A DNA stretch of 64,000 nt from Azolla caroliniana (lineage: Eukaryota > Plantae > Polypodiophyta), in NCBI GenBank assembly GCA_043228905.1, contig JBHGNT010000012.1:3348001-3412000 (forward strand), given 5' to 3'. The notes under the pieces are model-generated. The model searched no databases and was not told the DNA's origin. It saw only the letters and a list, made by a program, of their open reading frames with translations. How positions within the stretch are numbered: the stretch's first letter is position 1; every line of letters starts with the position of its first letter. Positions 1 to 13,923 of this stretch are shown one piece after another. Position numbers and translations under genes: made by a program.

Positions 1-107
1 GTGTCATTTGTGGCTAGAGTTATATGTTGTATCTCTCTTTCATTTAAGTACTCGATATAGTGGCTCCACGATGTGTGCGTATTGTGGTATCCATTGGCAA
101 TAAAGAA

Positions 108-569
108 TGCGAATGTTAACGTGCGGAAGCGTTAGACAGAACCGGCTCAGTTGGATAGCAATAGAGAATAAGATGAAGGTTTAATGGAGAAGCTTAATAC
201 AAAGAGAGTATATGCGGGAGAGACAGAGAGAGTAGAACATAAACGTAGATTCAAAAAATGAAAATATTCTGTAACTCTGTACATACAACGTGCTAAACAA
301 CACTATTTATACAAGTCCATAAAGGATTGACAGGTACTTCAATATTCCTACGTGCGATTGACACTAACTACGAGACAATGATTACCTAGTAGTCTAGGCT
401 ACGGCTAGGCTTCCGGTTCCCGCTCGAATTTGTCTCTCCTATCCGTCTCCCCGATCCGGCCAGTTGTTTCCGGATACCATCTGGACCGATCCCGCTCATA
501 CTTCCGGATGCCAATCCGGCGCGGGCTTATTTAGCCGATCTAGATCCGATTGAGCTTTCTTGCTCAACA
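108..569 (-). repeat. 3' LTR of copia A
   Basis: TGCGAATGTTAAC...GCTCAACA; homologous to 6202-6627; abuts the PPT (ctccccctcaag on +). Confidence 0.93.
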
Positions 570-3460
570 CTCCCCCTCAAGCTCAACTTGAGGTCAGATC
601 ATGGTATTAGTGTCCGTGGTATCCGGTTCTTCTACCCAGCTCCTTTTGACATCGCTCCGCCTTGTTCGTGCTCCTCGTCCGGTCTGGTCCTGTTTGCCGC
701 GACCCTTATGGTTCTACGCTTCTCGACCTCCTTGGTCGGCATGTGTGCTCAACAGGCCCATTTCTGCTCTCTCACTGCTACGACTCCGACGCTTGTCGAC
801 CTGTCGGTTCCTTCGTGTTGGCGTCGACTTGCGTTGCATCTGTGTCCGCTTGGCCTTTAGTTGATCCGGCTCCTCCGAATCTAACAGTTGAAGCGAATTA
901 GCTGTCTTCGATTCATTCCCGCTCTTGTCCGAGTCGGTTTTCTCCAACTCGTCTTCCAGTTTCAAGCCCTTCACCACATCAGACCATGTCTGGGTCTTGG
1001 CCTTCTCCTTCCGGTTGGCTTTGTCCCTCTTGACTCTGCCGCCGCTACTGATCGTTCCGACTTCCTTCGTCGATTGGGCTTCCTTTTTCCTCTTGTCTCC
1101 CCCTTTGTTGGTTCTTCCCCTTTCGGTTCCTTGTCCGGTGCCATCAACAGTTTCTTTACCTTTGCTCGTTGTTATGGCACCAGTTTCTTTGCCTTTGGCT
1201 GTTCTCCCCTTGAAGTGTGACACGTCGAGTTGGTTAACAACAAGTATTTCGGTGAAGTGCTGCAACTTATTTGATCCGAGCGGTTTGGTGAAGATGTCAA
1301 GAACCTGCCAATCCGTCTGAACATACCGAAGTTTGACTTCACCACTCAGGACCCGCTCACGCACGAAGTGATAATGCACTTCTATGTGCTTTGTTCGAGC
1401 ATGGAATACGAGGTTCGTGGCAAGCTGTATGCTGCTTATGTTGTCGCAGTCGATTAGGATCGGGGTCGGCACCTCGATCCGGAGATCTCGCAGCAGTCTT
1501 CAAAGCTAGATGGCTTCACAGGTGGCATTGGTTGCGCCCTGGTACTCAGCCTCAGTGCTCGATTGAAGGTGCTCCATGGTCGATTTCTACATGAATTGGT
1601 TGATCACACCGACCGGATAATTGATGTCGGGTCAGGTGATTGTAAAGTATATCACGCTTCCGACTATTTGTCGGAACCGTTTCTCATCGCCAACCAGTCG
1701 GGAGTTGGGACGGAGCTTCTAGGTTCGGTCCAGGGCTGTGGAGCCAGATCGACATTCCGTGATGCCGAACTTGTACAACATATTCAACTCATAGTGTCCT
1801 TGTGAGAGCAATATGCCGTCGGGGGTTCAGATCACCTCGATCCCAAGGAAATAATGAAGGTCCCCCAGATCCTTCATCTAAAATGTGTCTGATAGCCGGG
1901 CCTTGACACGACCGATTTCATTGAGTCCCGGTCCGGTGATGACTAAATCATCTACATAAAGTAAGATGCAAACCGGACCATCCAGACTTTGCTAGATGAA
2001 CAACAATGAGTCAGATTTAGAGGTCACAAACCCCATCTTACGCAACCAGTGCGTGATCTTCACATTCCAAGCTCGGGGGGCTTGTTTCAAACCGTAAAGC
2101 GAATTCTTAAGCCGACACACCACCGACTTGTTCATCTCTGATTGAAAATCGGGAGGTTGGATCATATAGACCTGTTCTTCAAGTTCACCTTGAAGAAACG
2201 CATTCTTCATGTCCATCTGATGAAAATGCCACCCCCTTGCCGCAACAACCACTAGTACCACACGAATTGTCGTCATCTTCGCCATTTCTTCCTCCATAGC
2301 GGCACCCCAATTTGCGTCCTTTGCCGCTTTTGCGTAGCTCTCCGGCTCATGCACTTCTGCCACTTTGGTCATGTACACATAGAGATGCGTCATGTACTCA
2401 TTGTACCCATACCGCGTAACGGGGTTCTTTTAGCACGAAGACTGGCGTAACTTGTCATCACCCGATTTGGGGCCCTTCTTCGCCAATTCAGACTTCATTC
2501 CCGAAGATCCGCATTCATCCTTTCCAGATTCAGATTCGCTCCGATCCGACTCAACGTTGTCGGTTTCATATTTTGGCATCTTCTTCTTCCCCTTCTCTTT
2601 GCGCGTCAACCGTCTCCTCGGTTCCTTGCGCGGGGAGAGCATGATAGAGTCTCCACTACTTGCCGGGTCCTCATCCGATTGGTCATCCCGACTCAGCTGC
2701 TCATTCGGTCCACATAGTTGGAATGAGATCAAACTCTCTTCTAGAGTGACGAGTTCTTCGTCTTCTTCCTGGATCTCCTCGGGCTCATTAGCCTCATCTT
2801 CCAGAATCGGGTCTTCGTCGGGAGTTGGAGTCGGTAGGGAGTACCATGATGCCGTCTTATCAAACTCGACATCTCGGCTTACTCGGACCTGCTTAGTCCG
2901 GGGGTTATAACACTTATACCCCTTTTGCTCATGTGAGTAACCGACTAGGATGCACTTCTCCAACTTCGGATCTAGCTTCCTCCGATTCTCATCCAGTACA
3001 TGCACAAATGTTAGGCTACCGAATATCCGAAGGTGCCTCAAATTCGGCTTCCGCCCGAAATACAGCTCATGTGCTGACACTTGGTCTCCGATCCAGTTTT
3101 GGATGTACACGGCCGTCCAGACAGCCTCAACCCAAGAGATTTGGGGCATGCTCTTCTCCTCTAGCATTGCCCTTTCCGTGTCAACAATCGATTGGTTCTT
3201 TCTCTCGGCCACACCGTTTTGTTCCGGTGTGTATCAGCAGCTGAATTCTCTCCGAATTCCGTTCTGCTACAAATAACTATTGAATTGGCCAGAAAAGTAT
3301 TCTTTTCCGCCATCCGACCGCAGGCACTTCATCTTCCTCTCCGTTTCCCGTTCAACTAAGCTTTGAGGGTTTCGGAAACATTCGAAAACTTCACTCTTCC
3401 TTTCAATGAGGTAGATCCAAGTGTGTTGGCTGTAGTCGTCAATGAAGGAGACGAAGTATC

Positions 3461-4160
3461 TGACAGGAACTTCACGCTCCCTATACGCAACGCTCGGCCA
3501 CAACCGAGCTTAGAATCATACACAGAAAACGGGAAAGAAAGCACGACACGAAGAAGAGAAGAGTACGCAGGATGTTTACGTGGAAAACCCAAACAGGGAA
3601 AAACCACGGCAGCCCACAGGCTGCAAACTATCACTATGTTAGAATGTACAAACAGTGAGTTCACAGAGGCAACGACCTCGTGCTCACAATCTTCGCCACA
3701 GGCGGCGGTTACAACAGAGGCAACGACCTCTTTCTTTCTCTCTCTCTCTGTACACAGTTACGCGCTCTCTCTCTTTCCTTGCACCAACAAGGATGACAAC
3801 AACAGTAAATAAAAGTTTGCCCTAAGTCATATTTATACTAATATGACTTTTCGGCTATTTACAAATATAGCCCCGATGGACTCTCAGAAACATATTTACG
3901 AATATGTCTCTTCATCCGGTTTCGGCATTCCTCACCGAGTTTGCGCCATCTGGCTCTCCGTAGCCGGGTACTCCTCATCTGGTTCTCACTGGGTCTGCGT
4001 CATCCGGCTCTCCGTAGCCGGGTACTCCTCATCCGGTTCTCATCGGGTCTGCATCATCCGGCTCTCCGTAGCCGGGTACTCCTCATCCGGTTCTCACCGG
4101 GTCTGCACCATCCGGCTCTGTTCTTCTCCCTTCCCATCCGGAGGGACCTGTCTCCCAACA
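3461..4160. mobile_element. Solo LTR (700 bp, probably Tork/Tnt1-like copia) inserted in the integrase of A
   Basis: TGACAGG...CCCAACA flanked by TSD GTATC (3456-3460, 4161-4165). Shares motifs GGAAAA...GGGAAAAACC and GGAGGGAC...AACA with the LTR of element E. Confidence 0.9.
3947..4119. repeat. 54-bp tandem repeat (~3.2 copies) inside the solo LTR
   Basis: Unit catccggctctccgtagccgggtactcctcatccggttctcatcgggtctgcat; appears as an 18-aa periodicity in ORF 3843-4337. Confidence 0.9.
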
Positions 4161-4993
4161 GTATCGACTCCCACCAAGACTAACGTTTTGTGTTGGTCCC
4201 CATACATCCGAATGGCTATGGTTTCGTTCGGTGGGGAATGGAAGCCGGTGTTGCTTCCCGAGTTGGTAGGCTTCACAAATTTCGGCCTTCTAGCCGCTAA
4301 ATTTCGGCAAACTAAAAACAACTTGTTTCTATTGTAGGTCCTGAAGCCTTTGGTAGTTGACGTGGCCAATCCGCTTATGCCAAAGATTGATGTCCGATTC
4401 AATCTTCTGACCTTTGGCAAACATGGCGTTGCCGATGCCATTGGTGTTGAGGATAAACATCCTCCCTTCTCTACGCCCTTCCGCGATTATCCGACTTTCT
4501 TCCTCGATGAAGCACCCGAAGTGCATAAACCGCACCTGCATCCCCTGGTCGACAATTTGTCCAACCGACACTAGGTTCTTTGTGATAGTCGAAACGTGTA
4601 GTACGTTCATCAGCTTCCCCTTCTGTCCGACATAGCTCAAAGGGACTTCTCTGTCATGCACAATTGGGTGAGGGATGTCGTCTCCGGTTTCGACGATTCC
4701 CGGTTGTTCCGGTTTCTCCAAAAACAAGAACCACTCTTCATGGCTCATCATGTGGTTGGACGCTCCGGAATCAACGTACCATACTTCCTCCTATCCGGAA
4801 GTAGTCTTCTTCATCGAGTTAGCCTTGTGCTTCATCATGAAGGCTAACCCTTTATCGGTCTTCCAGGTTCTGGATCCTTCCGATCCTTCTACGTAGTGAG
4901 AGCTTTGCCGGTTTTCCTAACCGGTTTTCCCAGATCCAGATTTGTCCGAATCGGCACGCTTCTTCTAGCACTCGCTTTCCTTGTGGCCCTTTT

Positions 4994-5188
4994 TCTCGAA
5001 TACGAGTGTATAATGGCCGTTTTCACACTGTCCTTTTGGACAGCCCAAGTTTGGGCTATTTCTGTAAATAGCATAAAGGGCAGTTGCCCTAAGATAGTCA
5101 CTATATAAAGTGACTTTGTAACCTTTAGTTAAGGTTGTTGTTGTTATTTTGTAATTGTTTCTATTGAGAAATATAACATTTCTTTGTG

Positions 5189-5227
<39 letters not shown>

Positions 5228-5312
5228 GTATCTTGTGTTCATTTCAATATGCAAGTTCTTCACCATCATAGATGTTGTTTGTTCTTCCGCACTGACGAAC
5301 TTGTTCACAACA
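4994..5312 (+). mobile_element. Short solo LTR (319 bp) inserted in the gag zinc knuckle of A
   Basis: TSD CTTTT (4989-4993, 5313-5317). Ends TC(TG mutated?)...ACAACA. Contains a TATA box (ctatataaag) and a (CT)n tract. Removing it restores CWYCGKKGHKESEC. Confidence 0.8.
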
Positions 5313-6189
5313 CTTTTTGCCACAATACCAGCATTCCGTGTCGGCTTTTCCTTGCCGGTTTCCGGCGCCACTTTGACTCCCCCTGCTTGTGGAGGGTCCG
5401 GAACTGCTGTCGGTACTACCTCTGTGCCTCCGGTCTTGCTCTTGCTGGCTGTCTCCACCACGTCCACCACGTCCATGGGGCCGATCTGTCTCTGTGTACA
5501 ACATTCGGCAGTCTGATTGAGTGGTCCTCGACCCACTCACGTGATTTTCTTTGACCATCAGCATCAATTGCAAGTCGAAAAAAGACGATGGCTTCTCCCG
5601 GGTGTAGATCGTTGTCCGGATTGGCCCGTACCTTTGCGCTAGACCACCGAGGCAGATTTGTACCATCTTGTCTTCGTCCACTGTCACGTTGATGGACTCA
5701 AGTCCGTCACAACTCCTTTATCTTGGTGGTGTAATCCATAACCGACATGTCTCTTTGTCGGATGTTGTTCACCTCTTGCCGGAGCTGCAACTTACGGGTT
5801 GTGGTACTTACGACAAAAATCTTTCTCAGATTTCCCTAGGCCTCCTTCAGCGTTTTTGCATACTTTATGTAGCTGAGCATCTGGTCGTGCACACAAGACG
5901 CAAGGCAGTACAATACTCGGCTCGCTCCTTGCTCCCATACTAGGAAGTCATTGTGTGTCGGCTTTGGTGCTCTCTCATTCGTTTGTTCCACGAAGCTCCA
6001 ATAACCATGCCCTAGTAGGTACTGGTGCATCTTGTATGACCAGGAAGCATAGTTGCTCCGGTCGAGCTTCTCTGTTGGAAGTGAAATCGCCATTCCTCTA
6101 TCCATATTTTCTCTCTATTTGTTGTTACCGGGTTCTAGGGTTCGTCTACGAAAGCAAGTGTCAGCTGCAGAGGTTCTCAACCCTCGTGC

Positions 6190-6201
6190 GCTCTGATACC
6201 A
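6190..6201 (-). promoter_or_regulatory. Primer-binding site, tRNA-iMet (copia A)
   Basis: Reverse complement TGGTATCAGAGC directly next to the 5' LTR. Confidence 0.95.
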
Positions 6202-6627
6202 TGTGAATGTTAACTTCTAGAAGCGTTAGACAGAACCAACTAAGTCGGATAGCAATAGAGAATAAGATGAAGGTTTAATGGAGAAGCTTAATACACAAAG
6301 AGTATACGCGGGAGAGACAGAGAGAGCAGAACGTAAACGTAGATTAAAAAAATGAAAATACTCTAACTCTGTACATACAATGTGCTAAACAACACTATTT
6401 ATACAAGTCCATAAAGGACTGACATGTTCTTCACTATTCCTACGTGCGACTGACACTAACTATGAGACAATGATTACCTAGTAGTCTAGGCTATTGCTAG
6501 GCTTCCTGTTCCCGCTCGAATGCGCCTCTCTATATGTCTCCCCGATTCGGTCGGTTGTTTCCAGATACCAATTTGGCTCATCGATCCTGATGCCGATCCG
6601 GATCCGGTTGAGCTTGCTTGCTCAACA
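6202..6627 (-). repeat. 5' LTR of copia A
   Basis: Homologous to 108-569; followed by TSD AAGAA. Confidence 0.93.
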
Positions 6628-7995
6628 AAGAAGAATACGGTGTCGAGTTGTTATGCTCTTCGCGTGTGGAAAGAGGCGGGACCGCGGGGGCCTTGAACCA
6701 AGGAGCGTGAGAATGAAAAGGGAGAGAAAAACCAGCTTGCAAAAACGGAGAGGGAGAAAGAGAACAGAGTCTTAATTACAAATCAATAACGATTACAACC
6801 GGCGAGCCGCCAACGGACCCAACTCAAGCGAACACACACGCACATGATGCTCACGCACGCACACCCCCCCGACTGCACTGTGGAGCCTCTACCAGAAGCA
6901 CACGGGCTGTCCACGAAGTAGAGGCAACTCAGTCCGAAATCCTGCAGAGAATGACGAACCATGGAGGAGAGAGATGGGTCCCAATCTGACAGCACTTCGA
7001 CCTCCCAACAATAAAACGATCTCTTTCTCTCACTTCTCCCTCTCCTTTATAACCCAAGGAGGGAGGCCGTTACCACTCGTTACATCATGTTTATTCCCTG
7101 TCCTTTCGGACAGGGATACGGCTCGATTTCCTCCCTACCGAATGCATACTACCTAGGATTTCGCCTCAGGAGAATTGTACCTACCTACGTACTATACAAC
7201 AAAACTTGTGCCCACATGTAAGGGCCGGTTTACCCACGTTATACCCGGTTTCCTCCTAGGGACGATTTTCTCCATGACATTTGCCCCCACCTAACCGCGC
7301 ATCCACTGATATGCGCCAAAATTAGCCTCTTTCCGGAGAAGACCGGCCCACACTTATCCTTCGTCTTCCGGATCGGCATCCGTTCCGAGCTGGTCGCTGT
7401 CACTATCCAGGTCATCCGGGTCCAGTTCAGCCTTGTGCCGCTTTTTGATTGCTTTGATCCTTTTCCCCGCCACCGGTACCGCCATCCTTGTCCTGTCGAG
7501 CTCTGCGAGATGGTAGGTTCCATTGTCATTGGCGCTCGTCACCGCATAAGGCCCGAACCACCTTCTTGCAAACTTTTGCGTTGCCCGGTGTTGGTTGTCG
7601 AGGCTACTGTCATACACTAGAAATGTTGCCTTCCTCGATCTTCTTCGGTCTCAGTCGGTGAGTCCGGTCGAACCATCCTTTGTTCTGTACCCTCGCCACC
7701 CGTAGCTTCTCCGTAGCTCGGTCCACATCCTCCGGTCTTCGTTCCAACTATCGAATCCGTGCCGCTAACAGCTCCTCCCGGCTCATCTCGTCGTTCCAGT
7801 CCACCGTGGCACATGAGGAGATTGTCCGCTGTGTTGGCATGATCGGCTTCTGCCTGTATATTAGCTATGCCGGCATGAACCCGATTACCGAACTGTGCGT
7901 AATTCGGTCCGCCCACAACGCATAGGGTAAGAGCCGCGGCCAGTTCCCGTCATGGCCTCCACACGCCCGTACCAACGCTTTGACGATCGGCCCAT

Positions 7996-9014
7996 TGTCG
8001 CGAAAATACGACGAGGACACGCGAACTTGAGGCAAGACCCCGGGGCCTCCGACTAGAGGATAATCACATTCGTGCGTTTATATTTTTAACAATTAATGGA
8101 AAATGAGAAAGATTAACAAATTTCATTAATAAATAGAAAAGAAAATTACAATAAATCCCAAGATTGGGATTACAAAAGTTTTATCTCAAGGAGATTACTA
8201 GAATAATAGATTAGAGGAAATAAGAGATTATGATACTTGAGTGATATGGCTTTGATAAGGAATTCTGGATTTCGAGAGATTGCTCTCCATATTATCTTAA
8301 TTTTCACCAAAGATGTCACGAAAATACGACGAGGATACGTGAACTTTGAGGCAGGACCCCGGGGCCTCCGACCGGAAGATATCAGATTCGTATGATTATA
8401 TTAAACAATTAATACAAAATGATAAAGATTCACAAATTTCATTAATAAAGGGAAAGAAAGATTACAATCAATCTCAAGATTGAGATTACAAAAGTTTTAT
8501 CTTAAGGAGATTGCTAGAATAATAGATTAGAAGAAACTAAGATATGGATTCCATAGAGATTTAGGGTTCTTGGCTTTCATAAGAGATTATGGTTATATGA
8601 GTATTATGGCTTCCGTAGGGAAGATTAGTGTTTTTGAGTGTTATGGCTTCCGTAGGGAAGATTAACGTTTTTGAGTGTTATGGCTTCCGTAGGGAAGATT
8701 AGGGTTTATGAGAGATATGGCTTCCATCAAGACAAAGTGGCCAAAGTGCTCTTAGCACAAATGAAAAATGATGGAGCTCAAGGTGCTTATATAGCCAGGG
8801 CCTTAACTTTCCTATCTATGTGGGATAGTTCTAATTTCCCAATCTTGTTAAACTTTATTTTCACATAACTTGATATGTATTTCTCCATTTTGTATATAGT
8901 AAAATATGTTTTGAAGCTCTTCAGTGTATCCATCTTTCTATAGTAAGCTACTAATCTAATCTATAATAATTATTTCATTATTTTTTTACATAGTGTGTGA
9001 AGATTCACACAACA
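7996..9014 (-). mobile_element. Deleted gypsy derivative: truncated LTR + PBS remnant + full AT-rich LTR (8314-9014), nested in the integrase of B
   Basis: 7996-~8260 duplicates 8314-~8580. The ttcaccaaaga|TGTC junction matches the PBS/LTR junction of element C. Flanks CCAT/CAGT are both one change from CCGT, the sequence at the same site in C. Confidence 0.75.
8600..8725. repeat. ~36-bp tandem repeat (~3.5 copies) in the nested LTR
   Basis: Unit gagtgttatggcttccgtagggaagattagtgtttt. Confidence 0.85.
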
Positions 9015-12000
9015 CAGTGTCCGCGCTCCATCGTCCCGTTAGCCTCCGGATTGTACGCCGTGGTGAGTGAGAGTTTAATTCCTAGCCGGTCAAACAACTC
9101 TTTCGCCTTTCGCATGTCTAGTTCCTCGCGGTCGGCCACAATCTTACCTACGTACCCGTACTGGCATACAACTTCTTCAATCAGAAATCGGCACACGACC
9201 GCGGTCGTTTTGCTCTACAACGCTCGGTCTTCCACCTGGTTCGTCAGTTCCTCCCGAGCCAGCACCAGATACCGCATCTGCCCTACCCCCATCGACATCG
9301 TCACTAGATCCACCATCCACTTGAAGTGGACGATCGGAGGGTAGGTCGGGTGGAGCTCGTCCCGATGTCGGACTATGGAGTGCACCTGACAGCTTTCGCA
9401 AGTCGTCACGAACCGATGCACGTCCCGGTATAGTCCTGACCACCAGTACTTCCCCTTTAGCTTCTCGAATGTGGCCCACGTCCCGCGGTGTCCGGCCCAG
9501 GGACACTCGTGGTACGCCGTCAGCAATTTTTCCCGTTCCTCTTTCCTCACCACCACTCGGAGCGGGATGCCATCTCTCTTCTTCGGGTGCTTCGATATGC
9601 TCCCGTCCCGTAGAAAGAATCGGTACACTTTCATTTGAATCCGGTTGGCCTCTTCCTTCGTCCCTGCCGCGTCCGGTGTCATTGCCTTTAGGAACCCACC
9701 GATCTAGAGCGACTCCCTGTCGTACTTGCTCTCGTCGAATTCGTTAAGCGCCGGAGTGCTCCCCTTCCCTGTTGTTACGTTGGCTGACCCGAAGAAATCC
9801 TCGCCAGTTTCTTCGTTATCCGAAATGATGCCGTTCTCATCATTGAACTGCGCCCTTGAAAGCATATCGGCCATGGCATTATCTTTCTCGGAGATGTGTC
9901 GTATCTCCGGGTTCAGGGACTTGATGTACGCGATCCATCTGAGCATCGCTAGGTCCGGAGTTGTGCATCCGGAGACCATACCTAGAATCGGTAGGCAGTC
10001 TGTCTCGATGATCACTTCCGTCCTGGTCAGATAGTCCTTGTCGGCCTTGACTGCCGAAACGATACCCCACAGCTTGCGCTTAACTTGGGCGTATCCTCGC
10101 TGCCACTCACTCAATACCTTCGCCCCGAACTGGATCAGGAACCGTACGCCGTCCTTGTCCTCCTGACTGTCACGTAGATGGGGACTTCCTTGCCATAAAC
10201 TGCTTTCCGGAGAGCTGGTGCCGTAGCCAGCGCCCCCTTCAGCCTTCGGAGCGACTCCGTGTGCTCCGTCCTCCACTCGAACCTACGCCCTTTCTTCAAT
10301 AGCCCATAGAGTGGTTCCGTGACATGTGAGTAGTGCGGAATCCAAATGTGGTAGAACACGCTCGCACCCAAGAATCTGCCAACCTCCGTAACCGATCCGC
10401 AATCATCCTTCATCACAGAGATGGCTTCTACCTTTGCTGGGAACGGTTTCCAGCCATAGGGCCCACACAGGTGTCCGACTACCAGGATCTCCGGCTATCC
10501 GAAGGCTGATTTTTCTCCAGAGAAGGTGAGCCGCGGGCTCTCGAGTCTCTGTGGGACCTTCTCACAGTAGCGGATGTGATCCGTCACAAACCTCTGGCAA
10601 CTGTCGGGCCCGACAGATTCTTCCTTGTCCTCCACCAGACATCCTTTGATCGGGATGTCATCTAGAAACGGCATGGTGATGTCCGGGATGCAGTCCCTCA
10701 ACACCTTGTTCATCGCATTCACCATGTGCGCCACCGAGTTCGTTCCTCCTTGCGGCAGGGTACACATCCAAACTAGCCTGAGAGGATTCCGCATCGTCGT
10801 GACATCCTTGCTCTCTACGACTAGCTGGAACTGATCATAGCCTAAGTACAGGTCCCCGACCGAGTAGATCGACCTCCCTGCGAAGGCCTCCGCGAACTCA
10901 TTGATGGTCGGTCCGATACCTGTGTTTCGAATGGTCACCTTGTTGACCGACTGCAGGTCTTGTATGAAGTGCAGTGTGTCGTTCTTCTTTGGCACGGTAA
11001 ACCACCGATTCGAATATGGGGCACTCGACGGTTCGAGGATGCCCATCTCCACCTTCTGTTTCAGCAACTCCATCAGCTTCGGGATGTGAACTCTCGGTAC
11101 CGGAATCGGTTTGAGACTCCATGGCACATGCGGTACCGTGAAGATCACCATTGGTTCCACAACCTTCGGCTCTATGCACCCGATCTCCTTTGGTGAGAAT
11201 GCGAAAGCCTTCCCATGCCTCCCGAGCATTCTCCGAAACCGGTCCTCTTCCGCCGGCAGTAGAAAGCCACCCCCACCAATCTTGAGCTCCTGTAGCGTTA
11301 CGTCGGTGAACGTGTGTCCTATGCTGGCCAGATCTCGTAAACTTGGGTCTGACGCAACCCCCTTTATCCGTAACTCGCTGCCCTCCGGCAAGGGTGCCGC
11401 GACTGGCCTCACCTTCCGGTCCATAGTCTTGTACTTCGTATCCACTCAGGCCGTCCGATCCGACTCGAGTCCACTACCGAAGTCGGCGATGACTTCGTAC
11501 ATATTTTCCGAACATACCGGAATCGTCCGGTCCTCATTAAGGCTTTCTATGAACACCTCCCATAACTTCCCCAAGGTGTCGTCGAAAGAGACCGCCTCCA
11601 CGGCTCCGTTGATTTCCTCGTTAGGGCCGAGGACTCGCACACCCGAAGCTGCTCCTCCGCCCGCTTCTTTTCCCGGCCAACTACGTCGGCTATTGTACAA
11701 CCACCGCTATCGGAGAACCAAAATTTTCTACCTATGGTACAGGTGTTTTTGCCTATAGTACATCTGTGGAGTTTTTCTAGGGTGTCCGGACTATCGCGGC
11801 CCCATGCCTTGATAGCCCTCTCTAAAAATCCCCTCGGCTGTTGCCGCCGAGGGTCTCGCGGTTTCGCTCGTGGTTGGGTCGAATTGTCATGAATCGGACG
11901 GAATGCCGACCATCTTGGCTCTTGACGCGCGCATACGCCGAACCATTGTCTAGTACTTTCGTCTCCATGCGCGCGCCGTAATGTACGGTTCACCGAGAAT

Positions 12001-13905
12001 TACCGGATGCGAGGAAGTCTCCTGCACGAAGAATTGTTGATCTATCTCGACGTCGCCGATCTTCACGGGTACGTTCGGGCACGCACCATGCAACTCTTCT
12101 GTAGCGCGCGTCGCCGTGCGTATCTTCCACCCGTGCTTGGTGTTGATCGGCCATTACCCCCTTTTATAGAAGTCCATGGACATCAAGTTGATCTCCGAAC
12201 CGTGGTCTACCAATGCCACCACCGGCTCCTGGACGTCGCTGATCTGAACAGGGGTTTCCGTAGTGGCCTTCCGCCAATCCTCTAGGTCCGTGTCTTCTAA
12301 GTGCGTCGTCTGCACTTCCACCGGCCTCTCGAGTTCCGGTTCCGTCGAGAGCCTCTTCCGCTTCACTAAGTCCATGATGGAGTCGTGGAACTCCTTCTTG
12401 GCGATTCCCAGCACCTCCCGTAACAACAGCTCGACCTTGCTGTCAAGAATTCTATCTTCCAGGACCTTCCATAGGTCCGTCGTTCGTTCGATTTCGGTGC
12501 TTAGCCGGAAACCGGCCTGCTTCTTCTTCTCCGGTGCGTTGGCGTCGATGGTCTCATTTGGCTTTGGTCCAAACCGGGTCTCGTACCACTGCGAGGGGCT
12601 TGCCCCTCCGGCCCCTGCGCGCTTGTCTTAAACCAAAACTTCGTAGTTCTGGCATGCGGTTCCCATCTGGTGACCTCCCGGATACGCTGTTCCGCGCGAT
12701 CTACCACTTCCTTCTTCAACCGTACTCCGGGGAGACCCTCTAGCACCAACGGCCAGAATCCGGAGTCCTTCACTTTCCGGGCCTCATCACCCCCGACACG
12801 AATCCCTACCGACGCCGAGTAGTTAACGACCTCTGCATGTCGTGCCGCAGCCTCTTCCATCAACCGCTTCATTCCGCTGTGCCCCGAATTCAACTCTAGG
12901 GCTTTCCGGGTCTCCCTCCCATGCACCCGCCTGTTCCATAGATAAATCACGTTGGTCCTGAGTGCCTTTGCGAAATCCGCACATTCTTTCCGTATGTGGC
13001 CAACCACGTTGCACCACATGCACTGCTGCCCCGCCAGCGACCTTCGGTCACGAGACTGTTCGCCGTTGTCCCTCCGAGCCTATGCGATTTGGAGATCTCA
13101 CACCATCTACGACAGCTCTTCTAGAGCCGCGCCTCCGGAGGAACCTTTGACCATTCCGCTCGGGGCTGAGCCCTTCTCAAGCCAACTCCGAGTTTCTTCC
13201 CTCCTGGCCGGTTCCGACACCGGCTCCTCGAGTTCCCTCGCCGGGACCGGCCTTGCCGCCGACAAGCCCTCGTTGCTCCACTGGCGCCGTTTGTCGAAAC
13301 GACCGCAGACCATCCTTACCATGGCCCAGTCTACCGTGAGCCCTTCATCCGTTTCCAACAGGAGACCCACCTTCTCCCAGTCCATGGCGTCCACCGACTT
13401 GACAAATAGTAGAACCCGGCTTGTGTCGAGCACGGCCCGGTCCAGCGTTGACAGTCGTGCGAACCGTTTCTCGAACTTCTGGAGGAGCGCCAACGCGTTC
13501 CTCCCCTTCCCAGGGCTCTCAACCAACGCCATGAAGTCTCACTTCGACAGCCGAAGCGAGTCATCAAACCCATAAATCTTGAGGAGCCACAGCTCAAACT
13601 CCTCCCAAGCCTGGCATCCGGCCAGCACCTCGAGCACCTCTGCGTGGATGCTCGGCGTCACCACTCGAGGGAATCCAGACAACCTCCTGTCCACCGAGAT
13701 ATCCCTCATGATAATTTCGGCCCGGTAGGCCTCCAAATAGCTCGTGGCATTCTTCCCACCGAATCAACCTATGGTGCCGATGATCAACTCAATGGCCCTG
13801 TCGAGGGCACCCATTCCCTCGCGAGCGCTCACTAGCCGGTCAATGGCTACGGCCATAGCTTCAGCAAGCTCGGATCCCCTCATCCTTCACTCCTTTGCCG
13901 CCTAT

Positions 13906-13923
13906 TTCACGTCGGGTTCACCA
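13906..13923 (-). promoter_or_regulatory. Primer-binding site, tRNA-Trp (gypsy B)
   Basis: TGGTGAACCCGACGTGAA is complementary to the 3' end of plant cytosolic tRNA-Trp as I recall it; lies 4 nt from the LTR. Confidence 0.85.

Larger units (their letters stand above)
714..6105 (-). pseudogene. pol: Disrupted gag-pol polyprotein of copia A
   Basis: Motifs KLDRSNYASWSYKM (gag), CWYCGKK knuckle, LWHKRIGHVN, LRSDGGKEY, QMDMKNAFLQG, FHARTKHIEVHYHF. Broken by stops, frameshifts and insertions. Confidence 0.92.
108..6627 (-). mobile_element. Ty1/copia LTR retrotransposon A, full-length but degenerate, with two nested solo LTRs
   Basis: Similar LTRs at 108-569 and 6202-6627 with TG...CA ends. TSD AAGAA at 103-107 and 6628-6632. 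PBS(iMet) at 6190-6201 and PPT at 570-581. Minus-strand fragments in the order gag (5836-6105), PR/GAG-pre-integrase (4329-4751), INT (2430-3503), RT (1992-2393), RH (714-1472). Confidence 0.95.
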
